Source of the DNA: a virus
Lineage: Duplodnaviria > Heunggongvirae > Uroviricota > Caudoviricetes
Strand: one strand, 5' to 3'
DNA: 64,000 bases
Virus record (IMG/VR): IMGVR_UViG_637000265_000001
The notes below the pieces were generated by a model that saw nothing but the letters and a program-made list of their open reading frames with translations, did not search any database and was not told the DNA's origin. Positions 12,570 through 24,257 of the stretch are shown here, piece after piece. Numbering within the stretch: position 1 is the first letter of the stretch; every line of letters starts with the position of its first letter. The position numbers and the translations under genes are program-made.

Positions 12570-13047
12570 TTTAGTTCTTGCGGCATTACGTAAGCTCGGT
12601 GTTGCATCAAATGCCACGTTAACCGATGTCGAACCGCAGTCTATGGAAGACGGCGTCAACGACCTTGAAATGATGATGGCTGAATGGCTTGGCGGTGATG
12701 CGTCACCTGGTATCAACGTTGGCTACATTTTTGCTGATGCAGATGTTGCTCCGGATCCGGGCGATGAGCACGGTTTATCAAATAACGCTATCAATGCCGT
12801 CATTTTCAACCTTGCCTGCCGAATTGCTCCGGATTATGCGCTGGAAGCGTCTGCAAAACTTATAACCACTGCCAGATACGGGAAAGAGCGACTCGTCAAA
12901 CTGTCTGCAATGGACAGGGCAAAAGCAGCTAAATGTAAGTCCGGTTATCCAAACCGTATGCCTGTTGGTAGCGGTAATCAGTTGGCGAAGTGGAACGGTT
13001 GGAATTACTTCCACCGGAAGGAACCTTGCGATAACGGGAGCGAATAA
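12547..13047 (+). CDS. gp4-like head-completion / tail accessory factor
   Basis: 166 aa; [33 protein letters not shown]... resembles P22 gp4. Confidence 0.8.
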   Translation: MNLTTKGDLVLAALRKLGVASNATLTDVEPQSMEDGVNDLEMMMAEWLGGDASPGINVGYIFADADVAPDPGDEHGLSNNAINAVIFNLACRIAPDYALEASAKLITTARYGKERLVKLSAMDRAKAAKCKSGYPNRMPVGSGNQLAKWNGWNYFHRKEPCDNGSE

Positions 13048-14466
13048 ATGCCGATTCAGCAACTTCCGCTTATGAAAGGTGTCGGCAAAGACTTTCGAAA
13101 CGCTGACTATATCGACTATCTGCCAGTGAATATGCTGGCTACACCCAAAGAAATCCTGAACAGCAGCGGATATCTTCGCTCATTCCCTGGCATTGCCAAA
13201 CGCTCTGATGTGAACGGTGTATCTCGCGGCGTCGAGTACAACATGGCACAAAATGCTGTTTATCGCGTGTGTGGTGGCAAGCTGTACAAAGGCGAAAGTG
13301 AAGTCGGTGATGTTGCCGGAAGTGGTCGCGTATCAATGGCGCATGGTCGAACATCTCAGGCGGTAGGCGTTAATGGTCAACTGGTCGAGTATCGCTATGA
13401 TGGCACGGTTAAAACCGTCTCAAACTGGCCTGCAGACAGTGGATTTACTCAGTATGAGTTAGGTTCAGTCCGCGACATTACACGCTTACGTGGGCGTTAT
13501 GCGTGGTCAAAAGACGGCACTGATTCATGGTTTATCACTGACCTTGAAGACGAATCGCATCCTGACCGTTACAGCGCACAATATCGCGCAGAATCTCAGC
13601 CGGACGGCATCATCGGCATCGGAACATGGCGAGACTTCATCGTCTGCTTTGGCTCATCGACGATTGAATATTTCTCCCTGACGGGTGCAACCACCGTTGG
13701 TGCCGCTTTGTATGTCGCACAGCCATCGCTGATGGTGCAGAAAGGCATTGCCGGGACTTACTGCAAAACGCCATTCGCTGATTCTTATGCGTTCATCAGC
13801 AATCCGGCAACAGGTGCGCCGTCTGTATATATCATCGGCTCCGGTCAGGTATCACCAATCGCCAGCGCGAGCATTGAGAAAATCCTCCGCTCCTACACCG
13901 CTGATGAACTGGCTGATGGCGTGATGGAATCGTTGCGGTTTGATGCTCATGAATTGCTGATTATCCATCTTGCGCGCCATGTTCTCGTGTACGACGCATC
14001 TTCAAGCGCCAATGGTCCGCAATGGTGTGTGCTGAAAACAGGCCTGTATGACGATGTGTACCGCGCTATCGACTTCATTTACGAAGGCAATCAGATAACG
14101 TGCGGCGATAAGCTGGAGTCCGTGACCGGGAAATTGCAATTCGACATCAGCAGCCAGTACGACAAGCAACAGGAACACCTGCTGTTTACTCCACTGTTCA
14201 AAGCGGATAACGCCAGAGTGTTCGACCTTGAGGTTGAATCGTCAACTGGCGTTGCGCAGTATGCTGACCGCCTTTTTCTCTCTGCAACCACTGACGGCAT
14301 AAATTACGGGCGTGAGCAGATGATTGAGCAGAATGAACCGTTCGTTTACGACAAACGCGTTTTGTGGAAGCGTGTCGGGCGCATCAGGAAAAATGTCGGC
14401 TTCAAATTGCGTGTTATCACTAAGTCACCTGTCACTCTGTCTGGCGCTCAGATAAGGATTGAGTAA
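13048..14466 (+). CDS. gp10-like tail accessory factor
   Basis: 472 aa, same length and position as P22 gp10. Confidence 0.85.
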   Translation: MPIQQLPLMKGVGKDFRNADYIDYLPVNMLATPKEILNSSGYLRSFPGIAKRSDVNGVSRGVEYNMAQNAVYRVCGGKLYKGESEVGDVAGSGRVSMAHGRTSQAVGVNGQLVEYRYDGTVKTVSNWPADSGFTQYELGSVRDITRLRGRYAWSKDGTDSWFITDLEDESHPDRYSAQYRAESQPDGIIGIGTWRDFIVCFGSSTIEYFSLTGATTVGAALYVAQPSLMVQKGIAGTYCKTPFADSYAFISNPATGAPSVYIIGSGQVSPIASASIEKILRSYTADELADGVMESLRFDAHELLIIHLARHVLVYDASSSANGPQWCVLKTGLYDDVYRAIDFIYEGNQITCGDKLESVTGKLQFDISSQYDKQQEHLLFTPLFKADNARVFDLEVESSTGVAQYADRLFLSATTDGINYGREQMIEQNEPFVYDKRVLWKRVGRIRKNVGFKLRVITKSPVTLSGAQIRIE

Positions 14467-15314
14467 TGGCGGATTCGAATCTCAATGTGCCGGTAATCAT
14501 TCAGGCCACACGGCTCGACACATCAGTCCTTCCACGCAATATCTTCTCGCAGTCGTATCTGCTTTACGTTATCGCACAGGGCACTGATGTTGGTAATGTG
14601 GCTAACAAGGCCAACGAGGCCGGACAGGGCGCTTATGATGCACAGGTCAGGAACGATGAGCAGGATGTGATTCTCGCTGACCATGAGCAGCGAATTTCTG
14701 CTGCGGAAGCAACGCTTGTTAATCATGAGGAGCGAATCAGCCAGGCAGAATCAACTCTTCAGGAACATGAAACGCGAATCGCTCAGAATGAAAGCGATAT
14801 TGCGTCGCTTGATACCAGAGTTCAGTCGCTGGAATCGCAGGTTTCAGACCATGAAACGCGCATCGATGCTCTGGAGTATGCCACTACTCGCAAGAAGTCA
14901 GAGGTTGTTTACTCTGGCGTATCAGTAACCATCCCGACAGCGCCGACCAACCTTGTTAGCCTGCTGAAAACGCTCACGCCGTCATCCGGCTCGTTGACAC
15001 CATTCTTCGACACCGTTAACAACAAGATGGTTGTGTTCAACGAGAACAAAACCCTGTTCTTCAAGCTGTCGATTGTCGGGACGTGGCCCAGCGGAACCGC
15101 CAACAGGTCAATGCAGCTAACCTTTTCCGGCGCTGTTCCTGACACGCTGGTAAGCAGTCGCAACTCGGCGACAACAACCGATAACATCCTGTTAGCTACG
15201 TTCTTCAGCGTGGATAAAGACGGATTTCTTGCCGCAAATGGCAGCACGTTAACCATTCAGTCAAATGGTGCGGCGTTTACTGCCACAACCATCAAGATAA
15301 TCGCGGAGCAGTAA
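14466..15314 (+). CDS. Tail needle (gp26-like) with C-terminal knob domain (Sf6/HK620 type)
   Basis: N-terminus [43 protein letters not shown] like P22 gp26; heptad coiled coil; extra C-terminal ~100 aa. Confidence 0.85.
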   Translation: MADSNLNVPVIIQATRLDTSVLPRNIFSQSYLLYVIAQGTDVGNVANKANEAGQGAYDAQVRNDEQDVILADHEQRISAAEATLVNHEERISQAESTLQEHETRIAQNESDIASLDTRVQSLESQVSDHETRIDALEYATTRKKSEVVYSGVSVTIPTAPTNLVSLLKTLTPSSGSLTPFFDTVNNKMVVFNENKTLFFKLSIVGTWPSGTANRSMQLTFSGAVPDTLVSSRNSATTTDNILLATFFSVDKDGFLAANGSTLTIQSNGAAFTATTIKIIAEQ

Positions 15315-15769
15315 TGATTCAGTTCAAACCAACGCGAAACATCGACCTGATCGAAGCAGTAGGAAATCACCCTGACATTATCGCCGGGAGCAACAACGGT
15401 GATGGATACGACTACAAACCTGATTGCCGTTACTTTGAGGTGAACGTGCACGGGCAGTTCGGCGGCATTGTTTACTATCAGGAAATTCAGCCGCTGGCAT
15501 TCGATTGCCACGCCATGTACCTGCCAGAGATTCGCGGCTTCAGCAAGGAAATCGGGCTGTCGTTCTGGCGATACATTCTGACTAACACCACCGTTCAGTG
15601 CGTCACATCGTTCGCTGCACGCAAATTCCGCCACGGTCAGATGTACTGCGCAATGGTTGGCCTTAAGCGTGTAGGAACCATCAAGAAATACTTCAAAGGC
15701 GTGGATGACGTGACGTTTTACAGCGCCACACGCGAAGAACTAATCGACTTCCTGAATCACGGGAGATAG
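15314..15769 (+). CDS. gp14-position protein (assignment by position only)
   Basis: 151-aa ORF immediately after tail needle. Confidence 0.5.
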   Translation: MIQFKPTRNIDLIEAVGNHPDIIAGSNNGDGYDYKPDCRYFEVNVHGQFGGIVYYQEIQPLAFDCHAMYLPEIRGFSKEIGLSFWRYILTNTTVQCVTSFAARKFRHGQMYCAMVGLKRVGTIKKYFKGVDDVTFYSATREELIDFLNHGR

Positions 15770-15771
15770 CC

Positions 15772-16464
15772 ATGTTATATGCATTTAAGCTGGGCAGAAA
15801 ACTGCGCGGCGAGGAACCTTATTGCCCTGAAAAAGGCGGGAAAGGTGGCAGCTCTGATAAAAGCGCAAAGTATGCAGCAGAAGCTCAGAAGTATGCCGCA
15901 GACCTGCAAAATCAGCAGTGGCAGACGATCATGAAAAACCTTGCTCCGTTCACGCCTCTTGCGGAGCAGTATGTTAACCAGCTTCAGAACCTTTCCAGTT
16001 TAGAAGGTCAGGGGCAGGCACTTAATCAGTATTACAACTCTCAGCAGTATAAAGACCTTGCAGGTCAGGCTCGTTACCAGAGTCTTGCTGCTGCGGAGGC
16101 GACGGGTGGACTTGGTTCGACAGCCACAAGCAATCAACTGGCTACGATCGCGCCGACACTCGGTCAGTCTTGGTTATCAAATCAGATGAGCAATTACAAC
16201 AATCTGGCAAACGTTGGGCTTGGTGCGCTGCAAGGTCAGGCAAACGCCGGGCAGACATACGCCAACAACATGAGCAGCATTGCACAGCAAAGCGCAGCTC
16301 TTGCCGCTGCTAATGCCAACAAACCATCAAGTCTTCAGACAGCAATTAGTGGCGGAACGTCTGGTGCGATTGCCGGTGCAGGTCTTGCCAGCCTTTTGGG
16401 AACATCAACACCTTGGGGCGCTGGCATTGGTGCTGGTATCGGATTGCTTGGCTCGTTGTTTTAA
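15772..16464 (+). CDS. Ejection protein (gp7-like)
   Basis: 230 aa, Gly/Ala/Gln-rich with C-terminal hydrophobic segment; gene order. Confidence 0.7.
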   Translation: MLYAFKLGRKLRGEEPYCPEKGGKGGSSDKSAKYAAEAQKYAADLQNQQWQTIMKNLAPFTPLAEQYVNQLQNLSSLEGQGQALNQYYNSQQYKDLAGQARYQSLAAAEATGGLGSTATSNQLATIAPTLGQSWLSNQMSNYNNLANVGLGALQGQANAGQTYANNMSSIAQQSAALAAANANKPSSLQTAISGGTSGAIAGAGLASLLGTSTPWGAGIGAGIGLLGSLF

Positions 16465-16473
16465 GGGGTAATC

Positions 16474-17805
16474 ATGGCTACTTGGCAAGGATCAAATGGC
16501 GGATTATTGGCTGGTATCGGCGGCGTCAACTCAAACGCTCCGAACGTAAATGACATCGGCAATACGCTTCAGCTTATCAGGCAGAACAATGATATTGAGC
16601 GTTCAGGCGCTAACAATGTTGGGCTGACTGCTTTGCAAGGTCTTTCAGGTATTGCGGGTGTTTTTCAGCAGGAAAAGCAGGCTCAGCGGCAGAAAGAATT
16701 TCAGCAGGCGTACGCTAATGCTTATGCGTCTGGTGATCGCGGTGCTTTGCGTCAGTTGGCTACTCAATATCCAGACCAGATTGAATCCGTTCGTAAAGGC
16801 ATGGGATTCATTGATGAAGACCAGCGTAATTCTATCGGCACCTTAGCGGCTGGCGCACGCCTTGCGTCATCGTCTCCAGAAGCAATGCAATCATGGCTGC
16901 AAAACAACGCCGGTGAGTTAGCTCGTGTTGGCGTTAATCCTCAGGACGTCGCTCAGATGTACCAACAGAACCCGCGGCAGTTCGGCGAATTTGTCGATCA
17001 CCTGGGGATGAACAGTCTCGGGCCCGAAAAATACTTTGACCTACAGGATAAAATGCAGGGTCGCCAAGTTACCATGCGCGGTCAGGACCTGGATTCGCAA
17101 ACCGCCGCTCGGAATCAGGCAATCACAATGCGCGGGCAAGATATCCAGGCGAATTTAGGTCAGCAGCGCATTAATCTGGACGCAGAAACAAACCGCATTA
17201 ACAACGAAAATAAGCGCCTTGACCGGATGCTATCAGCAGAAACTAACGACCTGAAGCGCCAGGAAATACAGAGCCGCATAGCAGCCAACAATCAGCAGTT
17301 GCAGCAGAAGCAGCAAGCGCTAAATGATGGCTACAAAGACGGCATCAACACCCTCACAACCAGCATGTTCACTCTGAACGATATCGTTAGTTCTCCTTCA
17401 CTTAAGAGCATTACAGGCTTACGTGGAGTAATCCCCAACGTTCCAGGCTCACAGGCTGCAGACACTCAGGCACGACTTGATACCTTTAAATCCCAAGCAT
17501 ACCTGACAGCGGTTCAGGCCATGCGAGGCATGGGCGCACTTTCTGATGCCGAGGGCAAAAAGCTCGACCAGGCTGTTGGTTCGCTGCAGAACTCGCAGAG
17601 CGAGGAGTCCTTTCGTCGCAACGCTGGCGTCATCCTGAACACGCTCAACCAGAAGCGTAATGAGGCGGTTGGTAAGTACGTTCAGCAAAACGGTATCAAG
17701 CGAGTGGAAGCGCCTCAGGCTTCTATAGATTACCTGAAGCAGCACCCCGAGCTGTCAATCGACTTCATTAATCGCTACGGATATCTTCCATCTTTGGGGC
17801 AGTAA
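16474..17805 (+). CDS. Ejection protein (gp20-like)
   Basis: 443 aa, Gln/Asn-rich; gene order. Confidence 0.7.
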   Translation: MATWQGSNGGLLAGIGGVNSNAPNVNDIGNTLQLIRQNNDIERSGANNVGLTALQGLSGIAGVFQQEKQAQRQKEFQQAYANAYASGDRGALRQLATQYPDQIESVRKGMGFIDEDQRNSIGTLAAGARLASSSPEAMQSWLQNNAGELARVGVNPQDVAQMYQQNPRQFGEFVDHLGMNSLGPEKYFDLQDKMQGRQVTMRGQDLDSQTAARNQAITMRGQDIQANLGQQRINLDAETNRINNENKRLDRMLSAETNDLKRQEIQSRIAANNQQLQQKQQALNDGYKDGINTLTTSMFTLNDIVSSPSLKSITGLRGVIPNVPGSQAADTQARLDTFKSQAYLTAVQAMRGMGALSDAEGKKLDQAVGSLQNSQSEESFRRNAGVILNTLNQKRNEAVGKYVQQNGIKRVEAPQASIDYLKQHPELSIDFINRYGYLPSLGQ

Positions 17806-19523
17806 ATGGCTAATTACCGTGATTTGTTAGAGCAGGCTGGCGCACGTTACGGTGTGCCAGAAGGGTTGATGACTGCACTGGGTGCCAAGGAGTCTTCTTA
17901 CAACCCTGCCGCAGTAAGCTCCGCCGGGGCTGTAGGATTGACTCAGGTCATGCCTGGGACATGGCGTGATATGGGTTATACCGATGAGCAAATGCAAAAC
18001 CCCGAATATCAGGCTGACGCTGGCGCGCGCTATCTGGCAAAGATGTACCAGCAGTTTGGTAACTGGCGTGACGCTCTTCAGGCTTATCACGACGGTCCCG
18101 GCAACGTTATGAAGGCAAAGCGTGGTGAATATACGCCAGGACCTGAAGGCCGCGGTTACGTTGATGATCGCTTTGCTCAATGGGCGGGTGACCCGGTGAC
18201 AGACTCAACAGTCGAACAGCGCGCCACCTCTGCAAAGGTACATCCTCAGCAAGACCCTAACAACCCGTTTGCACAACTGGAAGTACAGTCATCCGAACAA
18301 GTATCGGCATCAGGTGTGCAGTCAGACCCAAATAATCCATTTGCTCAGATTGAGCAGCAGGCAGCCAGTCAGCAGCCACCTCAACCCGTAAGTTCTGTCG
18401 CACCGAAACCTGTTCAGCAACAAACAGTTAATCAGGCCAATAATGCACCAACACGGGAAGAACCATCATTGATGCAACAAGCTGGCGATTGGCTCACTGG
18501 TGGTCAAAGTGCAGGGCAAATTGCAGAACAGGCTGGTCGTGGTCTGGTAAACATACCATTTGACGTATTGCAGGGTGGCGCAAGTCTGATTAATGCAATC
18601 AGTCAGGGGCTTGGGGGGCCAAAAGTATTGGATGATGTTTATCGTCCAGTAGACAGACCGACAGACCCCTACGCGCAAGCTGGAGAGTCAATAGGCGGTT
18701 ATCTTGTTCCTGGAGCAGGTGTAGCTGGAAACATGGTCATTGGTTCTCTCGCTGACGCGGCGAATCAACGGGGTGATTTTGCCGAAAATGCCGCTATTAA
18801 TGCCGGACTTAGCATTGCTACGCATGGCCTGATAAATGGCGTTACCCGTGGTGTTCGTGGTGCATCAAATATAATTAGTGGCAATAAAACATCTGCACAG
18901 AGAGCGACCACTGCGCCAACAGAAACATCACCATTCTCCGGTGATGCCGCTGCAGCAACAAATCCTGCGGTTCATGCCGCAGAGGCAAGAGTAGCACAAG
19001 GTGTACCAATGACGCCTGCGACGAAGAACCCAGAGGAAGTCGTTCGCACAGTAGCAGCACAAAAAAGGCCAAATCTCGCTTCATCGCTTGATGAACTAGA
19101 TATCAATCCTCAGGCTGAAGTTCTGGAGTCTGCTGAAAGGCTTAATGTTGATTCATTACTCCCTTCACACTTTTCCGGGAACGAGCAATACAAGGCAGTT
19201 GAGCAAGCAATCAAGTCCCGTGCGGGTTCTGCTCTACAGGTGCAGGAAAATGAAGCAATCAGGCAGCTAGCACAGGGCGCGGGTGAGATAATTGATCGCG
19301 TTTCCGGTGCAAAAGATGCTCTTGGTATGAGCGACAAGTTTATTGATACGGTCAATGGAAGAATGTCTGCGCTGATGAAACGAAGCGACCAGCTTTATCG
19401 CAATGTTGAAAAGGCGATGCCTGCAGGTGCAAAAATTGATGCGCCATCAACAAGGTCAATGCTCAAACAGGTGGAAGAAGATCTTGGCGGGATGAAAAAC
19501 CTTGACCCTATTGAAAAGAGAGT
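17806..19523 (+). pseudogene. Ejection protein (gp16-position) with N-terminal lytic transglycosylase domain, 3' end truncated by IS600
   Basis: SLT motifs (ES..., [18 protein letters not shown]); ORF terminates inside IS600 left end. Confidence 0.7.
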
Positions 19524-19607
19524 TGAGGTAGCCTGAGTTTAACGGACACTCCTTCCTGAAATAGAATGGCATCAGAAGGAGCTAATAATGAGCAGAAAAA
19601 CCCAACG
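19524..19607 (+). mobile_element. IS600 left-end fragment (positions 1-84)
   Basis: Identical to the start of the complete IS600 at 62378 up to codon 7 of orfA, then IS629 begins. Confidence 0.85.
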
Positions 19608-19661
19608 TGAACCGCCCCGGGAATCCTGGAGACTAAACTTCCTGAGAAAGAGGTAAACAGG

Positions 19662-19988
19662 ATGACTAAAAATACTCGTTTTTCCCCCGAAGTCCGTCAA
19701 CGGGCAGTCCGTATGGTTCTGGAAAGTCAGGGCGAATATGACTCACAATGGGCGACAATTTGTTCCATTGCCCCAAAGATTGGCTGTACGCCGGAGACTC
19801 TGCGTGTCCGGGTTCGCCAGCATGAGCGGGATACCGGGGGCGGTGATGGAGGGCTCACCACCGCTGAACGTCAGCGTCTGAAAGAGCCGGAACGTGAAAA
19901 TCGTGAACTGCGCCGCAGTAACGATATCCTTCGCCAGGCTTCCGCTTATTTTGCGAAGGCGGAGTTCGACCGCCTCTGGAAAAAATGA
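19662..19988 (+). CDS. IS629 OrfA
   Basis: [41 protein letters not shown]... Confidence 0.9.
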   Translation: MTKNTRFSPEVRQRAVRMVLESQGEYDSQWATICSIAPKIGCTPETLRVRVRQHERDTGGGDGGLTTAERQRLKEPERENRELRRSNDILRQASAYFAKAEFDRLWKK

Positions 19989-20875
19989 TGCCACTGCTGG
20001 ATAAGCTGCGTGAGCAGTACGGGGTCGGACCGCTATGCAGCGAACTGCATATTGCCCCGTCAACGTATTACCACTGTCAGCAACAGCGACATCATCCGGA
20101 TAAACGCAGTGCCCGTGCGCAGCGCGATGACTGGCTGAAGAAAGAGATACAGCGCGTATACGATGAAAATCACAAGGTATACGGTGTGCGTAAAGTCTGG
20201 CGTCAGTTGTTACGGGAAGGTATCAGAGTGGCCAGATGCACTGTGGCACGTCTCATGGCGGTTATGGGACTTGCCGGTGTTCTCCGGGGTAAAAAGGTCC
20301 GTACGACCATCAGCCGGAAAGCCGTTGCCGCAGGCGACCGCGTAAACCGTCAGTTCGTGGCAGAACGACCTGACCAGCTGTGGGTGGCTGATTTTACTTA
20401 CGTCAGCACATGGCAGGGCTTCGTCTATGTGGCGTTCATCATTGATGTGTTTGCCGGATACATCGTGGGGTGGCGGGTCTCATCGTCCATGGAAACGACA
20501 TTCGTGCTGGATGCACTGGAGCAGGCGTTATGGGCCCGTCGACCGTCCGGCACGGTCCATCACAGTGATAAAGGTTCTCAGTATGTATCGCTGGCCTACA
20601 CACAGCGGCTTAAGGAAGCCGGATTACTGGCATCAACAGGAAGTACAGGCGACTCGTATGACAACGCGATGGCGGAGAGCATCAATGGTCTTTACAAAGC
20701 GAAGGTAATACACCGTAAGAGCTGGAAAAACCGTGCAGAAGTGGAACTGGCCACACTCACGTGGGTGGACTGGTATAACAATCGACGATTGCTGGAAAGG
20801 CTGGGCCATACTCCTCCGGCAGAAGCAGAAAAAGCTTATTATGCTTCCATCGGAAACGATGATCTGGCAGCCTGA
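19985..20875 (+). CDS. IS629 OrfB transposase
   Basis: 296 aa with integrase catalytic core. Confidence 0.9.
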   Translation: MMPLLDKLREQYGVGPLCSELHIAPSTYYHCQQQRHHPDKRSARAQRDDWLKKEIQRVYDENHKVYGVRKVWRQLLREGIRVARCTVARLMAVMGLAGVLRGKKVRTTISRKAVAAGDRVNRQFVAERPDQLWVADFTYVSTWQGFVYVAFIIDVFAGYIVGWRVSSSMETTFVLDALEQALWARRPSGTVHHSDKGSQYVSLAYTQRLKEAGLLASTGSTGDSYDNAMAESINGLYKAKVIHRKSWKNRAEVELATLTWVDWYNNRRLLERLGHTPPAEAEKAYYASIGNDDLAA

Positions 20876-20920
20876 GTTCACAGATAAAACACTCTCCAGG
20901 AAACCCGGGGCGGTTCAACG

Positions 20921-21358
20921 TTACATGGCGTAGCCGACAATTTCGCACGTATAAACATCTTTGATGCCAGCGAGGTACAACCATCCCTCCTGTGTGGCAA
21001 CATACGTCAGGTCCGCCACCCAGACCTGATTTGGTGCTGTAGGAGCGAACGTCTGGTTCAGCAGATTTGGCGCAACTGGCAGATTGTGGTTCGGGTTCGT
21101 AGTCGCTCTGAACTTGCGTTTCTGCTTACAGCGTAGCCTCAGCTCCTTACGAAGACATGCCAGTCGGTCACGACCAACGATGATGCCATTCTCTGCCAGC
21201 TCCGTCTGGAGCCGCCGGGTTCCATATGTTTCGCGAGTGCGGATATGTGCCACCTTAATCTCCAGTTTTAGCCGCTCATCACTTTGTTTTCTGTCTGAGG
21301 GTTCATGCTGTACCCAGTTGTAATAACCGCTCCTGGATACACCAAATACCTGACACAT
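20921..21358 (-). pseudogene. IS600 OrfB, 3'-truncated
   Basis: Only N-terminal 145 aa of the 272-aa OrfB seen in the complete copy. Confidence 0.85.
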
Positions 21359-21760
21359 CGCTTCAATGGGAAATTGTTGTCGCCATTGTTCGATTAACGC
21401 GTATTTTTCAGCGACTCCTGTGCAAAATACGCTGTTGCTTTTTTTAATATATCGCGCTCAAGGCGAGCTTCATTTAACGCCTTACGCAGTTGCAGAATTT
21501 CAGATTCCAGTTCAGCCACCGTGCGGGAACCAGGAGTACCGAGCCCTTTTCTGGCGGCGGTAACCCATTGTCCTAAAGTGCCTTCAGGAAGGGATAATCG
21601 GGAAGCGCCTTCACTGATCGAAAGTTGATTTTCAAGAACCGTTCTGACAGCTTCGGCTTTGAACTCTTTAGAGTAACGTTGGGTTTTTCTGCTCATTATT
21701 AGCTCCTTCTGATGCCATTCTATTTCAGGAAGGAGTGTCCGTTAAACTCAGGCTACCTCA
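20925..21760 (-). mobile_element. IS600 partial copy (about positions 1-836), inverted relative to the 19524 fragment
   Basis: Left end IR at 21760; orfA intact, orfB cut after about 145 codons at the IS629 junction. Confidence 0.85.
21394..21696 (-). CDS. IS600 OrfA
   Basis: MSRKTQRYSKEFKAEAVRTVLENQLSISEGASRLSLPEGTLGQW... Confidence 0.9.
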   Translation of the reverse strand: MSRKTQRYSKEFKAEAVRTVLENQLSISEGASRLSLPEGTLGQWVTAARKGLGTPGSRTVAELESEILQLRKALNEARLERDILKKATAYFAQESLKNTR

Positions 21761-22180
21761 TATCGCTACATCCTCGAGGAGGCCAAAGCGGCGAACAAAA
21801 TCAGCCCGGTCAGTGAGTCACCCATCGACCCCTTCGGGGCGACCGGGTTGTCACATGACCTTGCTGATGAAGACCTGAACCCCATCACTATCATTCAGAA
21901 CTACACCAACATGTCCGACCCGATGAAAGAGCTGGAAGCGGCAATTGAATCGGGGCGCTTTCATCATGATGGCAATCCCATCATGACCTGGTGTATCGGC
22001 AACGTGGTCGGCAAAACCATTCCGGGTAACGATGATGTGGTGAAGCCCGTCAAAGAGCAGGCGGAAAACAAAATCGATGGTGCAGTTGCGCTGATTATGG
22101 CGGTTGGCAGAGCCATGCTGTACGAGAAAGAAGACACGTTGTCTGACTACATTGAGTCCTATGGGATCCGCTCGCTTTAA
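21761..22180 (+). pseudogene. Terminase large subunit 3' fragment truncated by IS600
   Basis: Frame open from the IS600 boundary; immediately upstream of portal. Confidence 0.65.
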
Positions 22181-22191
22181 CTGAGGTAATT

Positions 22192-22374
22192 ATGATCATG
22201 CTGATTCTCGCGCCTCTGGTGGGCGTGCTGGGGGCGCTTTTGCTGGCGTATGGTGCCTGGCTGATTTATCCCCCGGCGGGGTTTGTTGTTGCCGGGGCGT
22301 TGTGCCTGTTCTGGTCGTGGCTGGTGGTGCGATATCTCGACCGTACACAGCTGTCTGTTGGTGGAGGTAAATAG
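22192..22374 (+). CDS. Small hydrophobic membrane protein
   Basis: 60 aa with two predicted TM segments. Confidence 0.35.
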   Translation: MIMLILAPLVGVLGALLLAYGAWLIYPPAGFVVAGALCLFWSWLVVRYLDRTQLSVGGGK

Positions 22375-23615
22375 TGTTCTTTTCGGGATTATTTCAACGA
22401 AAAAGTGACGCACCGGTGACCACGCCAGCAGAGCTGGCGGATGCCATCGGGTTGTCCTACGACACCTATACCGGAAAGCAGATCAGCAGTCAGCGAGCCA
22501 TGCGACTGACGGCGGTTTTTTCCTGCGTCAGAGTGCTGGCAGAGTCGGTCGGGATGTTGCCCTGCAATCTGTATCACCTGAACGGCAGCCTGAAGCAGAG
22601 AGCCACCGGCGAACGTCTGCATAAACTGATCTCCACGCATCCCAATAGCTATATGACGCCGCAGGAGTTATGGGAGCTGGTGGTCACCTGTCTGTGTCTG
22701 AGGGGAAATTTTTACGCCTACAAAGTGAAAGCATTTGGCGAAGTGGCTGAACTGCTGCCCGTCGATCCCGGTTGTGTGGTACCGAAGCTTAACAGTAGCT
22801 GGGAACCGGTTTACCAGGTCACATTTCCGGATGGCTCCACGGATGTACTGAGCCAGGAAGATATCTGGCATGTGCGCACGCTGACGCTGGACGGTCTGGT
22901 GGGACTGAATCCCATCGCCTATGCCCGCGAGGCAATATCGCTGGCGGCAGCGACCGAAGAGCACGGGGCCAGACTGTTCAGCAATGGCGCGGTGACGTCG
23001 GGTGTGTTGCGTACAGAGCAGACGCTGTCGGATCAGGCTTATGAGCGCCTGAAGAAAGATTTTGAGGAGCGTCACACCGGGCTTGGCAATGCTCACCGCC
23101 CGATGATCCTTGAGATGGGGCGGGACTGGAAGTCGATGGCGTTGAACGCAGAGGACAGCCAGTTCCTGGAAACCCGCAAGTTTCAGCTTGAAGAAATCTG
23201 TCGTCTGTTCCGGGTGCCATTGCACATGGTGCAGAACACCGATCGCGCCACCTTCAACAATATCGAAGAACTGGGGCTCGGATTTATCAACTATTCACTG
23301 GTGCCGTATCTGACCCGCATCGAACAGCGGATCAACACCGGACTGGTACGAAAAAGTAAGCAGGGCGTTTATTACGCCAAATTTAACGCCGGGGCGTTAC
23401 TGCGCGGGGATATGAAGTCCCGTTTTGAAGCCTACGCCACCGGGATTAACTGGGGAATTTACTCTCCCAATGACTGCCGCGACCTGGAAGATATGAATCC
23501 GCGTCCCGGTGGGAATGTCTATCTCACACCGATGAACATGACCACGAAACCCTCCGATGGCAGTAAAGCCGGTAAGCAGAAGGATAACGCCAATGCAGAC
23601 GAAACAACGTCTTGA
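22374..23615 (+). CDS. Portal protein (HK97 family)
   Basis: 413 aa; position and composition typical of HK97-family portal. Confidence 0.85.
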   Translation: MFFSGLFQRKSDAPVTTPAELADAIGLSYDTYTGKQISSQRAMRLTAVFSCVRVLAESVGMLPCNLYHLNGSLKQRATGERLHKLISTHPNSYMTPQELWELVVTCLCLRGNFYAYKVKAFGEVAELLPVDPGCVVPKLNSSWEPVYQVTFPDGSTDVLSQEDIWHVRTLTLDGLVGLNPIAYAREAISLAAATEEHGARLFSNGAVTSGVLRTEQTLSDQAYERLKKDFEERHTGLGNAHRPMILEMGRDWKSMALNAEDSQFLETRKFQLEEICRLFRVPLHMVQNTDRATFNNIEELGLGFINYSLVPYLTRIEQRINTGLVRKSKQGVYYAKFNAGALLRGDMKSRFEAYATGINWGIYSPNDCRDLEDMNPRPGGNVYLTPMNMTTKPSDGSKAGKQKDNANADETTS

Positions 23616-24243
23616 TGTACCGCTGAGTCTGAAATCTGTCAGTGACTCCGGTGAGTTTGAAGGGTATGGCTCCGTCTTTGGTGTAAAGGACAGCCACGAT
23701 GATGTGGTGATGTCCGGGGCATTTGCTGCTTCCCTGCGGGCGTGGAGTGACCGAAAAGCGTTACCTGCGCTGCTCTGGCAGCACCGCATGGATGAACCCA
23801 TCGGTGTTTACACCGAAATGAAGGAAGACGATGTCGGGCTTTACGTCAGGGGGCGGTTGCTCATTGATGATGATCCCCTGGCAAAACGCGCACATGCACA
23901 CATGAAGGCCGGTTCGTTAACCGGCCTTTCTATTGGGTACGTCCTGAAGGACTGGGAATACGACCGGACGAAAGAAGCCTTTCTGCTGAAAGAAATCGAC
24001 CTCTGGGAAGTCAGCCTGGTGACGTTCCCGTCTAACGACGAGGCGCGGATCAGCGACGTCAAGAACGCACTGGCCCGCGGGGAAATCCCCGAACAGAAAA
24101 AAATCGAAAGAGTCCTGCGTGATGTCGGACTCTCCCGTACCCAGGCCAAAGCATTCATGGCCGGGGGCTATGGCGCACTGTCCCTGCGCGACGCTGAGGA
24201 TGTGGGCTCTGCACTGGATGCACTGAAAAATCTGAACTTCTAA
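23593..24243 (+). CDS. Prohead protease (HK97 family)
   Basis: Start MQTKQRLDV...; conserved His/Ser region; between portal and capsid. Confidence 0.8.
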   Translation: MQTKQRLDVPLSLKSVSDSGEFEGYGSVFGVKDSHDDVVMSGAFAASLRAWSDRKALPALLWQHRMDEPIGVYTEMKEDDVGLYVRGRLLIDDDPLAKRAHAHMKAGSLTGLSIGYVLKDWEYDRTKEAFLLKEIDLWEVSLVTFPSNDEARISDVKNALARGEIPEQKKIERVLRDVGLSRTQAKAFMAGGYGALSLRDAEDVGSALDALKNLNF

Positions 24244-24257
24244 TCAGGAGAAATACG

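Larger units (their letters stand above)
6865..19523 (+). mobile_element. P22/Sf6-like podovirus morphogenesis module remnant, bounded by IS911 and IS600
   Basis: Gene order and translations parallel P22 genes 2,1,8,5,4,10,26,14,7,20,16; no small terminase or tailspike. Confidence 0.85.
19608..20917 (+). mobile_element. IS629 (IS3 family), 1310 bp, 3-bp duplication ACG
   Basis: Ends TGAACCGCCCCGGG...CCCGGGGCGGTTCA; orfA/orfB translations; ACG on both flanks. Confidence 0.9.
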
